This document shows, piece after piece, positions 1 through 14,000 of a stretch of DNA of 64,000 nucleotides. Under the pieces are notes generated by a model. It did not search any database. It was given only the letters and a program-made list of their open reading frames with translations, and was not told the origin of the DNA. The translations under genes were made by a program, and so were the position numbers. The DNA comes from Takakia lepidozioides (taxonomy: Eukaryota; Plantae; Bryophyta): contig CM060734.1 in assembly GCA_030704615.1 (NCBI GenBank), positions 27,156,001-27,220,000 of the forward strand, written 5' to 3'. Every line of letters starts with the position of its first letter. The first letter of the stretch is position 1.

Positions 1-3000
1 CGCAATGTTTGAAAGCAATCAAAAATCATTTGAACATCGAACGATGGGTTCACCCTTTCAATCAATTTGATTGACTTCATACTTGAGAGGAGCATGTGAC
101 AAGGTATGTCCAACACACTCGCAAAGATTGAAAGCAATCAAAAATTCATTTGAACATCGAACGATGGGTTCACCCTTTCAATCAATTTTGATTGACTCAT
201 ACTTGAGAGGAGATGACAAGGTATGTCCAACACACTCGCAAAGTTGAAAGCAATCAAAAATTCATTTGAACATCGAACGATGGGTTCACCCTTTCAATCA
301 ATTTCGATTGACGTCATACTGAGAGTACCTGTGACAAGGTATGTCCAACACACTCGCAATTTGAAAGCAATCAAAAATCATTTGAACATCGAACGATGGG
401 TTCACCCTTTCAATCAATTTCGATTGACGTGATACTCGACACGTACCTCTGACAAGGTATGTCCAACACACTCGCAATGTTTGAAAGCAATCAAAATCAT
501 TTGAACATCGAACGATGGGTTCACCCTTTCAATCAATTTGATTGACTTCATACTTGAGAGGAGCATGTGACAAGGTATGTCCAACACACTCGCAAAGATT
601 GAAAGCAATCAAAAATTCATTTGAACATCGAACGATGGGTTCACCCTTTGAATCAATTTCGATTGACTGATACTCGACACGAGCTGTGACAAGGTATGTC
701 CAACACACTCGCAATGTTTGAAAGCAATCAAAAATTCATTTGAACATCGAACGATGGGTTCACCCTTTCAATCAATTTTGATTGACTTCATACTTGAGAG
801 GAGCATGTGACAAGGTATGTCCAACACACTCGCAAAGATTGAAAGCAATCAAAAATTCATTTGAACATCGAACGATGGGTTCACCCTTTGAATCAATTTC
901 GATTGACCTGATACTCGACACGTACCTCTGACAAGGGTGTCCAACACACTCGCAATGTTTGAAAGCAATCAAAAATCATTTGAACATCGAACGATGGGTT
1001 CACCCTTTCAATCAATTTTGATTGACTTCATACTTGAGAGGAGCATGTGACAGGTATGTCCAACACACTCGCAAAGATTGAAAGCAATCAAAAATTCATT
1101 TGAACATCGAACGATGGGTTCACCCTTTGAATCAATTTTGATTGACGTGATACTCCACAAGTACCTCTGACAAGGTATGTCCAACACATCGCAATGTTGA
1201 AAGCAATCAAAAATCATTTGAACATCGAACGATGGGTTCACCCTTTCAATCAATTTGATTGACTTCATACTTGAGAGGAGCATGTGACAAGGTATGTCCA
1301 ACACACTCGCAAAGATTGAAAGCAATCAAAAATTCATTTGAACATCGAACGATGGGTTCACCCTTTGAATCAATTTGATTGACGTGATACTCCACACGTA
1401 CCTCTGACAAGGTATGTCCAACACACTCGCAATGTTTGAAAGCAATCAAAAATCATTTGAACATCGAACGATGGGTTCACCCTTTCAATCAATTTTGATT
1501 GACTTCATACTTGAGAGGAGCATGTGACAAGGTATGTCCAACACACTCGCAAAGATTGAAAGCAATCAAAAATTCATTTGAACATCGAACGATGGGTTCA
1601 CCCTTTGAATCAATTTTGATTGACGTGATACTCCACACGTACCTCTGACAAGGTATGTCCAACACACTCGCAATGTTTGAAAGCAATCAAAAATCATTTG
1701 AACATCGAACGATGGGTTCACCCTTTCAATCAATTTTGATTGACTTCATACTTGAGAGGAGCATGTGACAAGGTATGTCCAACACACTCGCAAAGATTGA
1801 AAGCAATCAAAAATTCATTTGAACATCGAACGATGGGTTCACCCTTTGAATCAATTTTGATTGACGTGATACTCCACACGTACCTCTGACAAGGTAAGTC
1901 CAACACACTCGCAATGTTGAAAGCAATCAAAATTCATTTGAACATCGAACGATGGGTTCACCCTTTCAATCAATTTGATTGACTTCATACTTGAGAGGAG
2001 CATGTGACAAGGTATGTTCAACACACTCGCAAAGATGAAAGCAATCAAAAATTCATTTGAACATCGAACGATGGGTTCACCCTTTCAATCAATTTCGATT
2101 GACCTGATACTTGACGTACCTCTGACAAGGTATGTCCAACACACTCGCAATGGTTGAAAGCAATCAAAAATCATTTGAACATCGAACGATGGGTTCACCC
2201 TTTCAATCAATTTTGATTGACTTCATACTTGAGAGGAGCATGTGACAAGGTATGTCCAACACACTCGCAAAGATTGAAAGCAATCAAAAATTCATTTGAA
2301 CATCGAACGATGGGTTCACCCTTTGAATCAATTTCGATTGACCTGATACTCGACACGTACCTCTGACAAGGTATGTCCAACACACTCGCAATGTTTGAAA
2401 GCAATCAAAAATCATTTGAACATCGAACGATGGGTTCACCCTTTCAATCAATTTTGATTGACTTCATACTGAGAGGAGCATGTGACAAGGTATGTCCAAC
2501 ACACTCGCAAAGATTGAAAGCAATCAAAAATTCATTTGAACATCGAACGATGGGTTCACCCTTTGAATCAATTTCGATTGACGTGATACTCGACACGTAC
2601 CTCTGACAAGGTATGTCCAACACACTCGCAATGTTTGAAAGCAATCAAAAATCATTTGAACATCGAACGATGGGTTCACCCTTTCAATCAATTTTGATTG
2701 ACTTCATACTTGAGAGGAGCATGTGACAAGGTATGTCCAACACACTCGCAAAGATTGAAAGCAATCAAAATTCATTTGAACATCGAACGATGGGTTCACC
2801 CTTTGAATCAATTTGATTGACCTCATACTCGACACGTACCTCTGACAAGGTAGTCCAACACACTCGCAAAGTGAAAGCAATCAAAATTCATTTGAACATC
2901 GAACGATGGGTTCACCCTTTCAATCAATTTTGATTGACTTCATACTTGAGAGGAGCATGTGACAAGGTATGTCCAACACACTCGCAAAGATTGAAAGCAA

Positions 3001-4541
3001 TCAAAAATTCATTTGAACATCGAACGATGGGTTCACCCTTTCAATCAATTTTGATTGACTTCATACTTGAGAGGAGCATGTGACAAGGTATGTCCAACAC
3101 ACTCGCAAATTGAAAGCAATCAAAAATTCATTTGAACATCGAACGATGGGTTCACCCTTTGAATCAATTTCGATTGACTTGATACTTGACACGTACCTCT
3201 GACAAGGTATGTCCAACACACTCGCAATGTTTGAAAGCAATCAAAAATTCATTTGAACATCGAACGATGGGTTCACCCTTTCAATCAATTTTGATTGACT
3301 TCTACTTGACAGGAGCATGTGACAAGGTATGTCCAACACACTCGCAAAGATTGAAAGCAATCAAAAATCATTTGAACATCGAACGATGGGTTCACCCTTT
3401 CAATCAATTTTGATTGACTTCATACTTGAGAGGAGCATGTGACAAGGTATGTCCAACACACTCGCAAAGATTGAAAGCAATCAAAATTCATTTGAACATC
3501 GAACGATGGGTTCACCTTTGAATCAATTTCGATTGACGTCATACTGAGAGGACCTCTGACAAGGTATGTCCAACACACTCGCAATGTTGAAAGCAATCAA
3601 AAATCATTTGAACATCGAACGATGGGTTCACCCTTTCAATCAATTTCGATTGACCTGATACTCGACACGCCTGTGACAAGGTATGTCCAACACACTCGCA
3701 AAGTTTGAAAGCAATCAAAAATCATTTGAACATCGAACGATGGGTTCACCCTTTCAATCAATTTGATTGACTTCATACTTGAGAGGAGCATGTGACAAGG
3801 TATGTCCAACACACTCGCAAAGATGAAAGCAATCAAAAATCATTTGAACATCGAACGATGGGTTCACCTTTGAATCAATTTCGATTGACCTCATACGACA
3901 CGTCTGTGACAAGGTATGTCCAACACACTCGCAATGTTGAAAGCAATCAAAAATCATTTGAACATCGAACGATGGGTTCACCCTTTCAATCAATTTGATT
4001 GACTTCATACTTGAGAGGAGCATGTGACAAGGTATGTCCAACACACTCGCAAAGATTGAAAGCAATCAAAAATTCATTTGAACATCGAACGATGGGTTCA
4101 CCCTTGAATCAATTTCGATTGACGTGATACTTGAGACGTACATCTGTGACAAGGTATGTCCAACACACTCGCAATGTTTGAAAGCAACAAAATTCATTTG
4201 AACATCGAACGATGGGTTCACCCTTTCAATCAATTTTGATTGACTTCATACTTGAGAGGAGCATGTGACAAGGTATGTCCAACACACTCGCAAAGATGAA
4301 AGCAATCAAAAATCATTTGAACATCGAACGATGGGTTCACCCTTTGAATCAATTTCGATTGACGTGATACTCGACACGTACCTCTGACAAGGTATGTCCA
4401 ACACACTCGCAATGTTTGAAAGCAATCAAAAACATTTGAACATCGAACGATGGGTTCACCCTTTCAATCAATTTTGATTGACTCATACTTGAGAGGAGCA
4501 TGTGACAAGGTATGTCCAACACACTCGCAAAGATTGAAAAG
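1..4541 (+). repeat. Tandem satellite, ~120-121-bp monomer, often alternating A/B types (~241-bp dimer)
   Basis: The core ...gaaagcaatcaaaaatcatttgaacatcgaacgatgggttcaccctttcaatcaatt... recurs every ~120 bp. The variable segment is either 'gacttcatacttgagaggagcatgtgacaagg' (A) or 'gacgtgatactcgacacgtacctctgacaagg' (B). Confidence 0.98.
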
Positions 4542-5041
4542 NNNNNNNNNNNNNNNNNNNNNNNNNNNNNNNNNNNNNNNNNNNNNNNNNNNNNNNNNNN
4601 NNNNNNNNNNNNNNNNNNNNNNNNNNNNNNNNNNNNNNNNNNNNNNNNNNNNNNNNNNNNNNNNNNNNNNNNNNNNNNNNNNNNNNNNNNNNNNNNNNNN
4701 NNNNNNNNNNNNNNNNNNNNNNNNNNNNNNNNNNNNNNNNNNNNNNNNNNNNNNNNNNNNNNNNNNNNNNNNNNNNNNNNNNNNNNNNNNNNNNNNNNNN
4801 NNNNNNNNNNNNNNNNNNNNNNNNNNNNNNNNNNNNNNNNNNNNNNNNNNNNNNNNNNNNNNNNNNNNNNNNNNNNNNNNNNNNNNNNNNNNNNNNNNNN
4901 NNNNNNNNNNNNNNNNNNNNNNNNNNNNNNNNNNNNNNNNNNNNNNNNNNNNNNNNNNNNNNNNNNNNNNNNNNNNNNNNNNNNNNNNNNNNNNNNNNNN
5001 NNNNNNNNNNNNNNNNNNNNNNNNNNNNNNNNNNNNNNNNN
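4542..5041. other. Assembly gap (500 N)
   Basis: Run of exactly 500 N, a fixed-size scaffolding gap. Confidence 0.99.
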
Positions 5042-8000
5042 TGTTGGGAACATACTTGTCACATGCTCCTCTCAAGTTGAAGTGCAATCAAAATTGATTG
5101 AAAGGGTGACCCATCGTTCGATGTTGGAATGAATTTTTGATCTTTCATCTTTGCAGTGTGTTGGACATACCTTGTCACATGCTCCTCTCAATTATGAAGT
5201 CAATCAAAATTGATTGAAAGGTGAACCCATCGTTTCGATGTTCAATGATGTTTTGATTGCTTTCAACTTTGCGAGTGTGTTGTACATATACCTTGTCACA
5301 TGCTCCTCTCAAGTATGAAGTCAGATCAAAATTGATGTGAAAGGGTGAACCCATTGTTCGATGTTCAATGATTGTTTGATTGCTTTCAAACATTGCGAGT
5401 GTGTTGGACACACCTTGTTCACATGCTCATCTCAAGTATGAAGTCAATCAAATTGATTGAAAGGGTGACCCCATCGTTCCGATGTTGCATGAAGTTTTGA
5501 TTGCTTTCAGCTTTGCCGAGTTGGTTGGACATACCTTGTCACATGCTACTCTCAGTATGAAGTCAATCAAATGATTGAAAAGTGAACCCATCGTCGATTT
5601 CAAATGAGGTTTTGATTGCGTTCAATCTTGGCGAGTGTGTTGGACATACCTTGTCACATGCTCCTCCAAGTATGAAGTCAATCAAAATTGATTTAAGGGT
5701 GAACCCATTGTTCGATTTCAAATGATTTTTTGATTGCTTTCAAACATTGCGAGTGTGTTTGGACATACCTTGTCACATGCTCCTCTCAAGTATGAAGTCA
5801 ATCAAAATTGATTGAAAGGATGAACGCCATCGTCGATGTTCAAATGATCTTGATTGCTTCCAAACATTGCAAGTGTGTTGGACATACCTTGTCGAGGTAC
5901 GTGTCGAGTATCAGATCAATGCGAACTGAATTCAAAACGGTGAACCATCGTTCGATGTTCAAATGAATTTTTGATTGCATTCAATCTTTGCGAGTGTGTT
6001 TGGCCATACCTTGTTCACATGGCCCTCTCAAGTATGAAGGTCAATCGAAATTGATTCAAAGGGTGAACCCATTGTTCGATGTTCAAAGGAATTTTGATTG
6101 CTTTCAATCTTTGCGAGTGTGTGTGACATACCTTGCACATGCTCTCTCAAGTATGAAGTCAATCAAATTTGATTGAAAGGGTGAACCCATCATCGATGTG
6201 AAATGAATTTTTTGATTGCTTTCAAACATTGCGAGTGTGTTGGACTTACCTTTGTCAGAGGTACGTGTCGAGTATGAGGTCAATCGAAATTGATTCAAAT
6301 GGTGAACCCAAGCGTTCGAGTTCAAATGAATTTTTTGATCTTCAATCTTTGCGAGTGTGATTGGACATACCTTGTCACATGCTCCTCCAAGTAGAAGTCA
6401 ATCCAAATTGATTGAAAGGGTTGAACCCATGGTTCGATGTTCAATGAATCTTTGATTGCTTTCAAACATGGCGAGTGTGTTGGACATACCTTGTCAGAGG
6501 TACGTGTCGAGTATCATGACAATCGAAATGGATTCAAAGTGTGAACCCATCGTTCGATGTTCAAGATGAATTTTTGATTGCTTTCAATCTTGCGAGTGTG
6601 TTGGACATACCTTGTCACATGCTCCTCTCAAGTATAAGAGTGAATCAAAATTGATTGAAAGGGGTAACCATCGTTCGATGTTGAAATGATCTTTTGATTG
6701 CTTCCAACATTGCGAGTGTGTTGGATATACCTACTTGTCAGAGGTACGTGTCGAGTATCAGGTCAATCGAAATGATTGAAAGGGTGAACCCAGCATTCCC
6801 ATGTTCAAATGAATTGTTGATTGCTTTCAATCTTGCGATGTGTTGGACTTACCTTGTCACATGCTCCTTCAAGTATGAAGTCAATTCAAATTAGTGAAGG
6901 GGACCCAATCGTTCGATGTTCAAATGATTTTTTAACCTTTTAATCAATTTTGATTGACTTCATACTTGAGAGACATTGACAAGTATGTCCAACACACTGG
7001 CAAAGATTAAAGCAATCAAAAAATTCATTTGAACATCGAACGATGGTCACCCTTGGAATCAATTTCGATTGACCTGATACGCCACACGTACCTGTGACAA
7101 GGTATGTCCAACACACCCCAAGTTTGAAAGCAATCAAAAATCATTTGAACATCGAACGATGGGTTCTCCCTTTGAACAATTTCGATTGACCTCATACTCG
7201 AAAGGGTGAACCTATCGTGTCGTGTTGAAATGATTTTTGGATTGCTTTTCAAACATTGCGGTATGTTGGACATACTTTGTCACATGCTCCTCCAAGTATG
7301 AAAGTCAATCAAAATTGATTGAAAGGGTGAACCCATCGTTCGATGTTGCAATGATTTTTGATTGCTTTCAATCTTTGCGATGTGTTGGCCTACCTTGTCA
7401 CATGCTCCTCTCAAGGATAAAGTCAATCAAAATTGATTGAAAGGGTGAACCAATCGTCCGATGTTCAAATGATTTTTAACCCTCAATCAATTTGATATGA
7501 CTTCATATTGAGAGGAGCAGTGACAAGGTAATGTCCAACACACTGCAAAGATGAAAGCAATCAAAAATTCATTTGAACATCGAACGATGTTCACCCTTGA
7601 ATCAATTTCGATTGACCTGATACTCCACACGTACTGTGACAAGGTAAGTCCAACACACACGCAATGTTTTGAAAGCAGCTCAAAAATCATTTGAACATCG
7701 AACGATGGGTTCTCCCTTTGATCAATTTCGATTGACCTCATACTCGAAAGGGTGAACCTATCGTTCGATGTTGAAGGATTTTTGATTGCTTTCAAACATG
7801 CGAGTGTGTTGCATACCTTTCACATGCTCCTCTCAGTATAAGTCAATCAAAATTGATTGAAAGGTGTGAACCCATGCGTTCGATGTTGAATGAATTTTGT
7901 TGCTTTCATCTTTGCGATGTGTTGGACATACCTTGTCACATGCTCCTCTCAAGTATGAAGTCAATCAAAATTGATTGAAAAGGTGAACCCATCGTTCGAT

Positions 8001-11000
8001 GTTCAATGATTTTTTGATTGCTTTCAATCTTTTTGCGAGTGTGTTGGACTACCTTGTCACATGCTCCTCTCAAGTAGAAGTCAATCAAATTGATTGAAAG
8101 GGTGAACGCATCGTTCCGATGTTCAAATGATCTTTGATTGCTTTCAAACATTGCGAGTGTGTTGGCCTACCTTGTCAGAGTACGTGTCGAGTATCAGTCA
8201 ATCGAAATTGATTCAAAGGGTAACCCATCGTTCGATATTCAAATGAATTTTTGATTGCTTTCAATCTTTGGCGAGTGTATTGGACATACCTTGTCACATG
8301 CTCCTCTCAAGTTATGAATCAATCAAAATTGATTGAAAGGGTGAACCCCTCGTTCGATGTTCAAATGATTTTGATTGCTTTCAAACATTGCGAGTGTGTT
8401 GGCATACCTTTGTCACATGCCCTCTCAAAGTATGAAGTCAATCAAAATTGATTGAAAGGGTGAACCCATCGTTCGATGTTGGAATGATTTTTGATTGCTT
8501 TCAATCTTTGCGAGTGTGTTGGACATACCTTGTCACATGCTCCTCTCAAGTATGAAGTCAATCAAATTGATTGAAAAGTGTGAACCCATCGTTCGATGTT
8601 CAAATGATTTTTGATTGCTTTCAATCTTGCGAGTGTGTTGCATACCTTGTCACATGCTCCTCTCAAGTATGAAGTCAATCAAAATTGATTGAAAGGGTGA
8701 ACCCCATCGTTCGATGTTCAAATGATCTTTGATTGCTTCCAACATTGCAAGTGTGTTGGACATACCTTGTCAGAGGTACGTGTCGAGTATCAGATCAATC
8801 GAAATTGATTCAAAGGGTGAACCCATCTTCGATTTCAAATGATTTTTGATTGCATTCAATCTTTGCGAGTGTGTTGGACATACCTTGTCACATGCTCCTC
8901 TCAAGTATGAGGTCAATCGAAATTGATTCAAAGGGTGAACCCATTGTCGATGTTCAAAGGAATTTTTGATTGCTTTCATCTTTGCGAGTGTGTTGGACAT
9001 ACCTTGTCACATGCTCCTCTCAAGTATGAAGTCATCAAAATTGATTGAAAGGGTGAACCCATCAATCGATGTTGAAATGAATTTTTGATTGCTTTCAAAC
9101 ATTGCGAGTGTGTTGGACTTACCTTGTCAGAGGTACGTGTCGAGTATGAGGTCAATCGAATTGATTCAAAGGGTGAACCCATCGTTCGATGTTCCAAATG
9201 AAGTTTTGATTACTTTCAATCTTTGCGAGTGTGTTTGGACATACCTTGTCACATGCTCCTCTCATATAGGTCAATCAAAATTGATTGAAAGGGTGAACCC
9301 ATCGTTCGATGTTGAAATGATCTTTGATTGCTTCCAAACATTGCGAGTGTGTTGGATATACCTTGTCAGACGGTACGTTCGTAGTATCAGGTCAATCGAA
9401 ATTGATTGAAAGGGTGAACCCTCATCCATGTTCAAATGATTTTTGATTGCTTTCAATCTTTTGCGAGTGTGTTGGACTTACTTGTTCACATGCTCCTCTC
9501 AAGTATGAAGTCATCAAATTTATTGAAGGGTGAACCCATCGTTCGATGTTCAAATGATTTTTTAACCTTTCAATCAATTTTGATTGACTTCATACTTGAG
9601 AGGAGCATGTGACAAGGTATGTCCAACACACTGGCAAAGATTGAAAGCACTCAAAATTCATTTAACATCGTAACGATGGGTTTCACCTTGAACACAATTT
9701 CGATGGACCTATCCTCCACACGTACCTGTGACAAGTTATGTCCACACACACGCAATGTTTGAAAGCAATCAAAAATCATTTGAACATCGAACGATGGTTC
9801 TCCTTTGAATCAATTTCGATTGACCTCATACTCGAAAGGGTGAACCTATCGTTCGATGTGAACTGATTTTGTATTGCTTTCAAACATTGCGAGTGTGTTG
9901 GACATACTTGTCACATGCTCCTCTCAAGTATGAAGTCAATCGAAATTGATTGAAAGGGTGAACCCATCGTTCGATGTTGGAATGAATTTTTTGATTGCTT
10001 TCAATCTTTGCGAGTGTGTTGGACATACCTTGTCACATGCTCCTCTCAAGTATGAAGTCAATCAAATTTATTGAAAGGGTGAACCCATCGTCCGATGTTC
10101 AAATGATTTTGAACCTTTCAATCAATTTTTGATTGACTTCATACTTGAGAGGACATGTGACAAGGTATGTCCACCACTGGCAAAGATTGAAGCATCAAAA
10201 TTCATTTGAACATCGAACGATGGGTTTCACCCCTTGGAAGCAATTTCGATTGACCTGATACTCCACACGTACCTGTGACAAGGTATGTCAACACACACGC
10301 AATGTTTGAAACAATCAAAAATCTTTGAACATCGAACGATGTGTTCTCCCTGAATCAATTCGATTGACCTCATACTCGAAAGGGTGAACCTATCGTTCGA
10401 TGTTGAAATGATTTTTGATTGCTTTCAAACATTGCGAGTGTGTTGGACATACCTTGTCACAGCTCCTCTCAAGTATGAAGTCAATCAAATTGATTGAAAG
10501 GGTGAACCCATCGTTCGATGTTGGAATGAATTTTTGATTGCTTTCAATCTTTGCGAGTGTGTGTGGACATACCTTGTCACAATGCTCCTCTCAGTATGAA
10601 GTCAATCAATTGATTGACAAGGTGAACCCATCGTTCGATGTTCAAATGATGTTTTGATTGCTTTCAATCTTTGCGAGTGTGTTGACATACCTTGTCACAT
10701 GCTGCCTCTCAAGTATGAAGTCAATCAAAATTGATTGAAAGGGTGAACGCATCGTTCGATGTTCAAATGATCTTTGATTGCTTTCAAACATTGCGAGTGT
10801 GTTGGCCTTACCTTGTCAGAGGTACGTGTCGAGTATCAGGTCAATCGAAATTGATTCAAAGGGTGAACCCATCGTTCGATATTCAAATGAATTTTTGATT
10901 GCTTTCAATCTTTGCGAGTGTATTGGACATACCTTGTCACATGCTCCTCTCAATATGAAGTCAATCAAAATTGATTGAAAGGGTGAACCCATCGTTCGAT

Positions 11001-14000
11001 GTTCAAATGATTTTTGATTGCTTTCAAACATTACGAGTGTGTTGACATACCTTGTCACATGCTCCTCTCAGTATGAAGTCAATCAAAATTGATTGAAAGG
11101 GTGAACCCATCGTTCGATGTTGGAATGAATTTTTGATTGCTTTCATCTTGCGAGTGTGTTGGACATACCTTGTCACATGCTCCTCTCAAGTATGAAGTCA
11201 ATCAAAATTGATTGAAAAGGGATGAACCCATCGTTCGATGTTCAAATGATTTTTGATTGCTTTCATCTTTGCGAGTGTGTTGGACATACCTTGTCACATG
11301 CTCCTCTCAAGTATGAAGTCAATCAAAATTGATTGAAAGGGTGAACCCATCGTTCGATGTTCAAATGATCTTTTGATTGCTTCCAAACATTGCAAGTGTG
11401 TTTTGACATACCTTGTCAGAGGTACGTGTCGAGTATCAGATCAATCGAATTTGATTCAAAGGGTGAACCATCGTTCGATGTTCAAATGAATTTTTTGATT
11501 GCATTCAATCTTTGCGAGTGTGTTGGACATACCTTGTCACATGCTCCTCTCAAGTATGAGGTCAATCGAAATTGATTCAAAGGGTGAACCCATTGTTCGA
11601 TGTTCAAAGAATTTTTGATTGCTTTCAATCTTTGCGAGTGTGTTGGACATACCTTGTCACATGCTCCTCTCAGTATGAAGTCAATCAAAATTGATTGAAA
11701 GGGTGAACCCATCAATCGTATTGAAATTAATTTTTGAATTTTGATTGGCTTTCAAACATTGCGAGTGTGTTGGCCTTACCTTGTCAGAGGTACGTGGTCG
11801 AGATGAGGCTCAATCGAATTGATTCAAAGGGTGAACCCATCGTTCGATGTTCAAATTGAAATTTTTGATTGCTTTCATCTTTGCGAGTGTGTTGGACATA
11901 CCTTGTCCACATCTCCTCTCAAGTATGAAGTCAATCAAAATGATTGAAGGGTGACCCATCGTTCGATGTTTCAAATGATCTTTGATTGCTTTCAAACATG
12001 GCGAGTGTGTTGGACATACCTTGTCAGAGGTACGTGTCGAGTATCATGACAATCCAAATGGATTTCAAAGTGTGACCCATCGTTCGATGTTCAAATGAAT
12101 TTTTGATTGCTTTCATCTTCTTTGCGAGTGTGTTGGACATACCTTGTCACATGCTCCTCTCAAGTATAAAGTGAATCAAAATTGATTGAAAGGTGAACCC
12201 ATCGTTCGATGTTGAAATGATCTTTGATTGCTTCCAACCATTGCGAGTGTGTTGGAATCTACCTGTCCAGGTCGGTCGAGTATCAGGAGTATCAGGTCAA
12301 TCGAAATGATTGAAAGGGTGAACCCCCATCATTCCATGTTCAAAAGAAATTTTTGATTGCTTTCAATCTTTGCGAGTGTGTGGACTTACCTTGTCACATG
12401 CTCCTCTCAGTATGAAGTCAATCAAATTTATTGAAAGGGTGACCCATCGTTCGATGTCAAATGATTTTTTTAACCTTTCAATCAATTTGGATTGACTTCA
12501 TACTTGAGAGGAGCATGTGACAAGGTATGTCCACACACTGGCAAAGATTGCCAGCAATCAAAAATTCATTTGAACATCGAACGATGGGTTCACCCTTGGA
12601 ATCATTTCGATTGACCTATACTCCACACGTACCTGTGACTACCTGTGACAATGTATGTCCAACACACACGCAATGTTTGAAAGCAATCAAAAATCATTTG
12701 AACATCGAACGATGGGTTCTCCCTTTGAATCAATTTCGATTGACCTCATACTCGAAAGGGTGAACCTATCGTTCGATGTTGAAATGATTTTTGATTGCTT
12801 TCAAACATTGCGAGGTGTTGGGACATACCTTGTCACATGCTCCTCTCAAGATGAAGTCAATCAAAATTGATTGAAAGGGTGAACCCATCGTTCGATGTTG
12901 GAATGAATTTTGATTGCTTTCAATCTTTGCGAGTGTGTTGGACATACCTTGTCACATGCTCTCTCAAGTATGAAGTCAATCAAAATTGATTGAAAAGGTG
13001 AACCCATCGTTCGATGTTCAAATGATGTTTTGATTGCTTTCAATCTTTGCGAGTGTGTTGGACATACCTTGTCACATGCTCCTCTCAAGTATGAAGTCAA
13101 TCAAAATTGATTGAAAGGGTGAACGCATCGTTCGATGTTCAAATGATCTTTGATTGCTTTCAAACATTGCGAGTGTGTTGGCCTTACCTTGTCAGAGGTA
13201 CGTGTCGAGTATCAGGTCAATCGAAATTGATTCAAAGGGTGAACCCATCGTTCGATATTCAAATGAATTTTTGATTGCTTTCAATCTTTGCGAGTGTATT
13301 GGACATACCTTGTCACATGCTCCTCTCAAGTATGAAGTCAATCAAAATTTATTGAAAGGGTGAACCCATCGTTCGATGTTCAAATGATTTTTGATTGCTT
13401 TCAAACATTGCGAGTGTGTTGGACATACCTTGTCACATGCTCCTCTCAAGTATGAAGTCAATCAAAATTGATTGAAAGGGTGAACGCATCGTTCGATGTT
13501 CAAATGATCTTTGATTGCTTTCAAACATTGCGAGTGTGTTGGCCTTACCTTGTCAGAGGTACGTGTCGAGTATCAGGTCAATCGAAATTGATTCAAAGGT
13601 GAACCCATCGTTCGATATTCAAATGAATTTTTGATTGCTTTCAATCTTTGCGAGTGTATTGGACATACCTTGTCACATGCTCCTCTCAAGTATGAAGTCA
13701 ATCAAAATTGATTGAAAGGGTGAACCCATCGTTCGATGTTCAAATGATTTTTGATTGCTTTCAAACATTGCGAGTGTGTTGGACATACCTTGTCACATGC
13801 TCCTCTCAAGTATGAAGTCAATCAAAATTGATTGAAAGGGTGAACCCATCGTTCGATGTTGAATGAATTTTTGATTGCTTTCAATCTTTGCGAGTGTGTT
13901 GGACATACCTTGTCACATGCTCCTCTCAAGTATGAAGTCAATCAAAATTGATTGAAAAGGTGAACCCATCGTTCGATGTTCAAATGATTTTTGATTGCTT

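Noticed and set aside
4542-5041. Large satellite inversion centred on the gap
   Set aside because: The orientation switch coincides with a scaffolding gap, so contig orientation may be arbitrary.
5042-12900. Apparent divergence gradient in the satellite
   Set aside because: The excess differences are mostly scattered 1-bp indels near the contig end, typical of low-coverage long-read consensus error.
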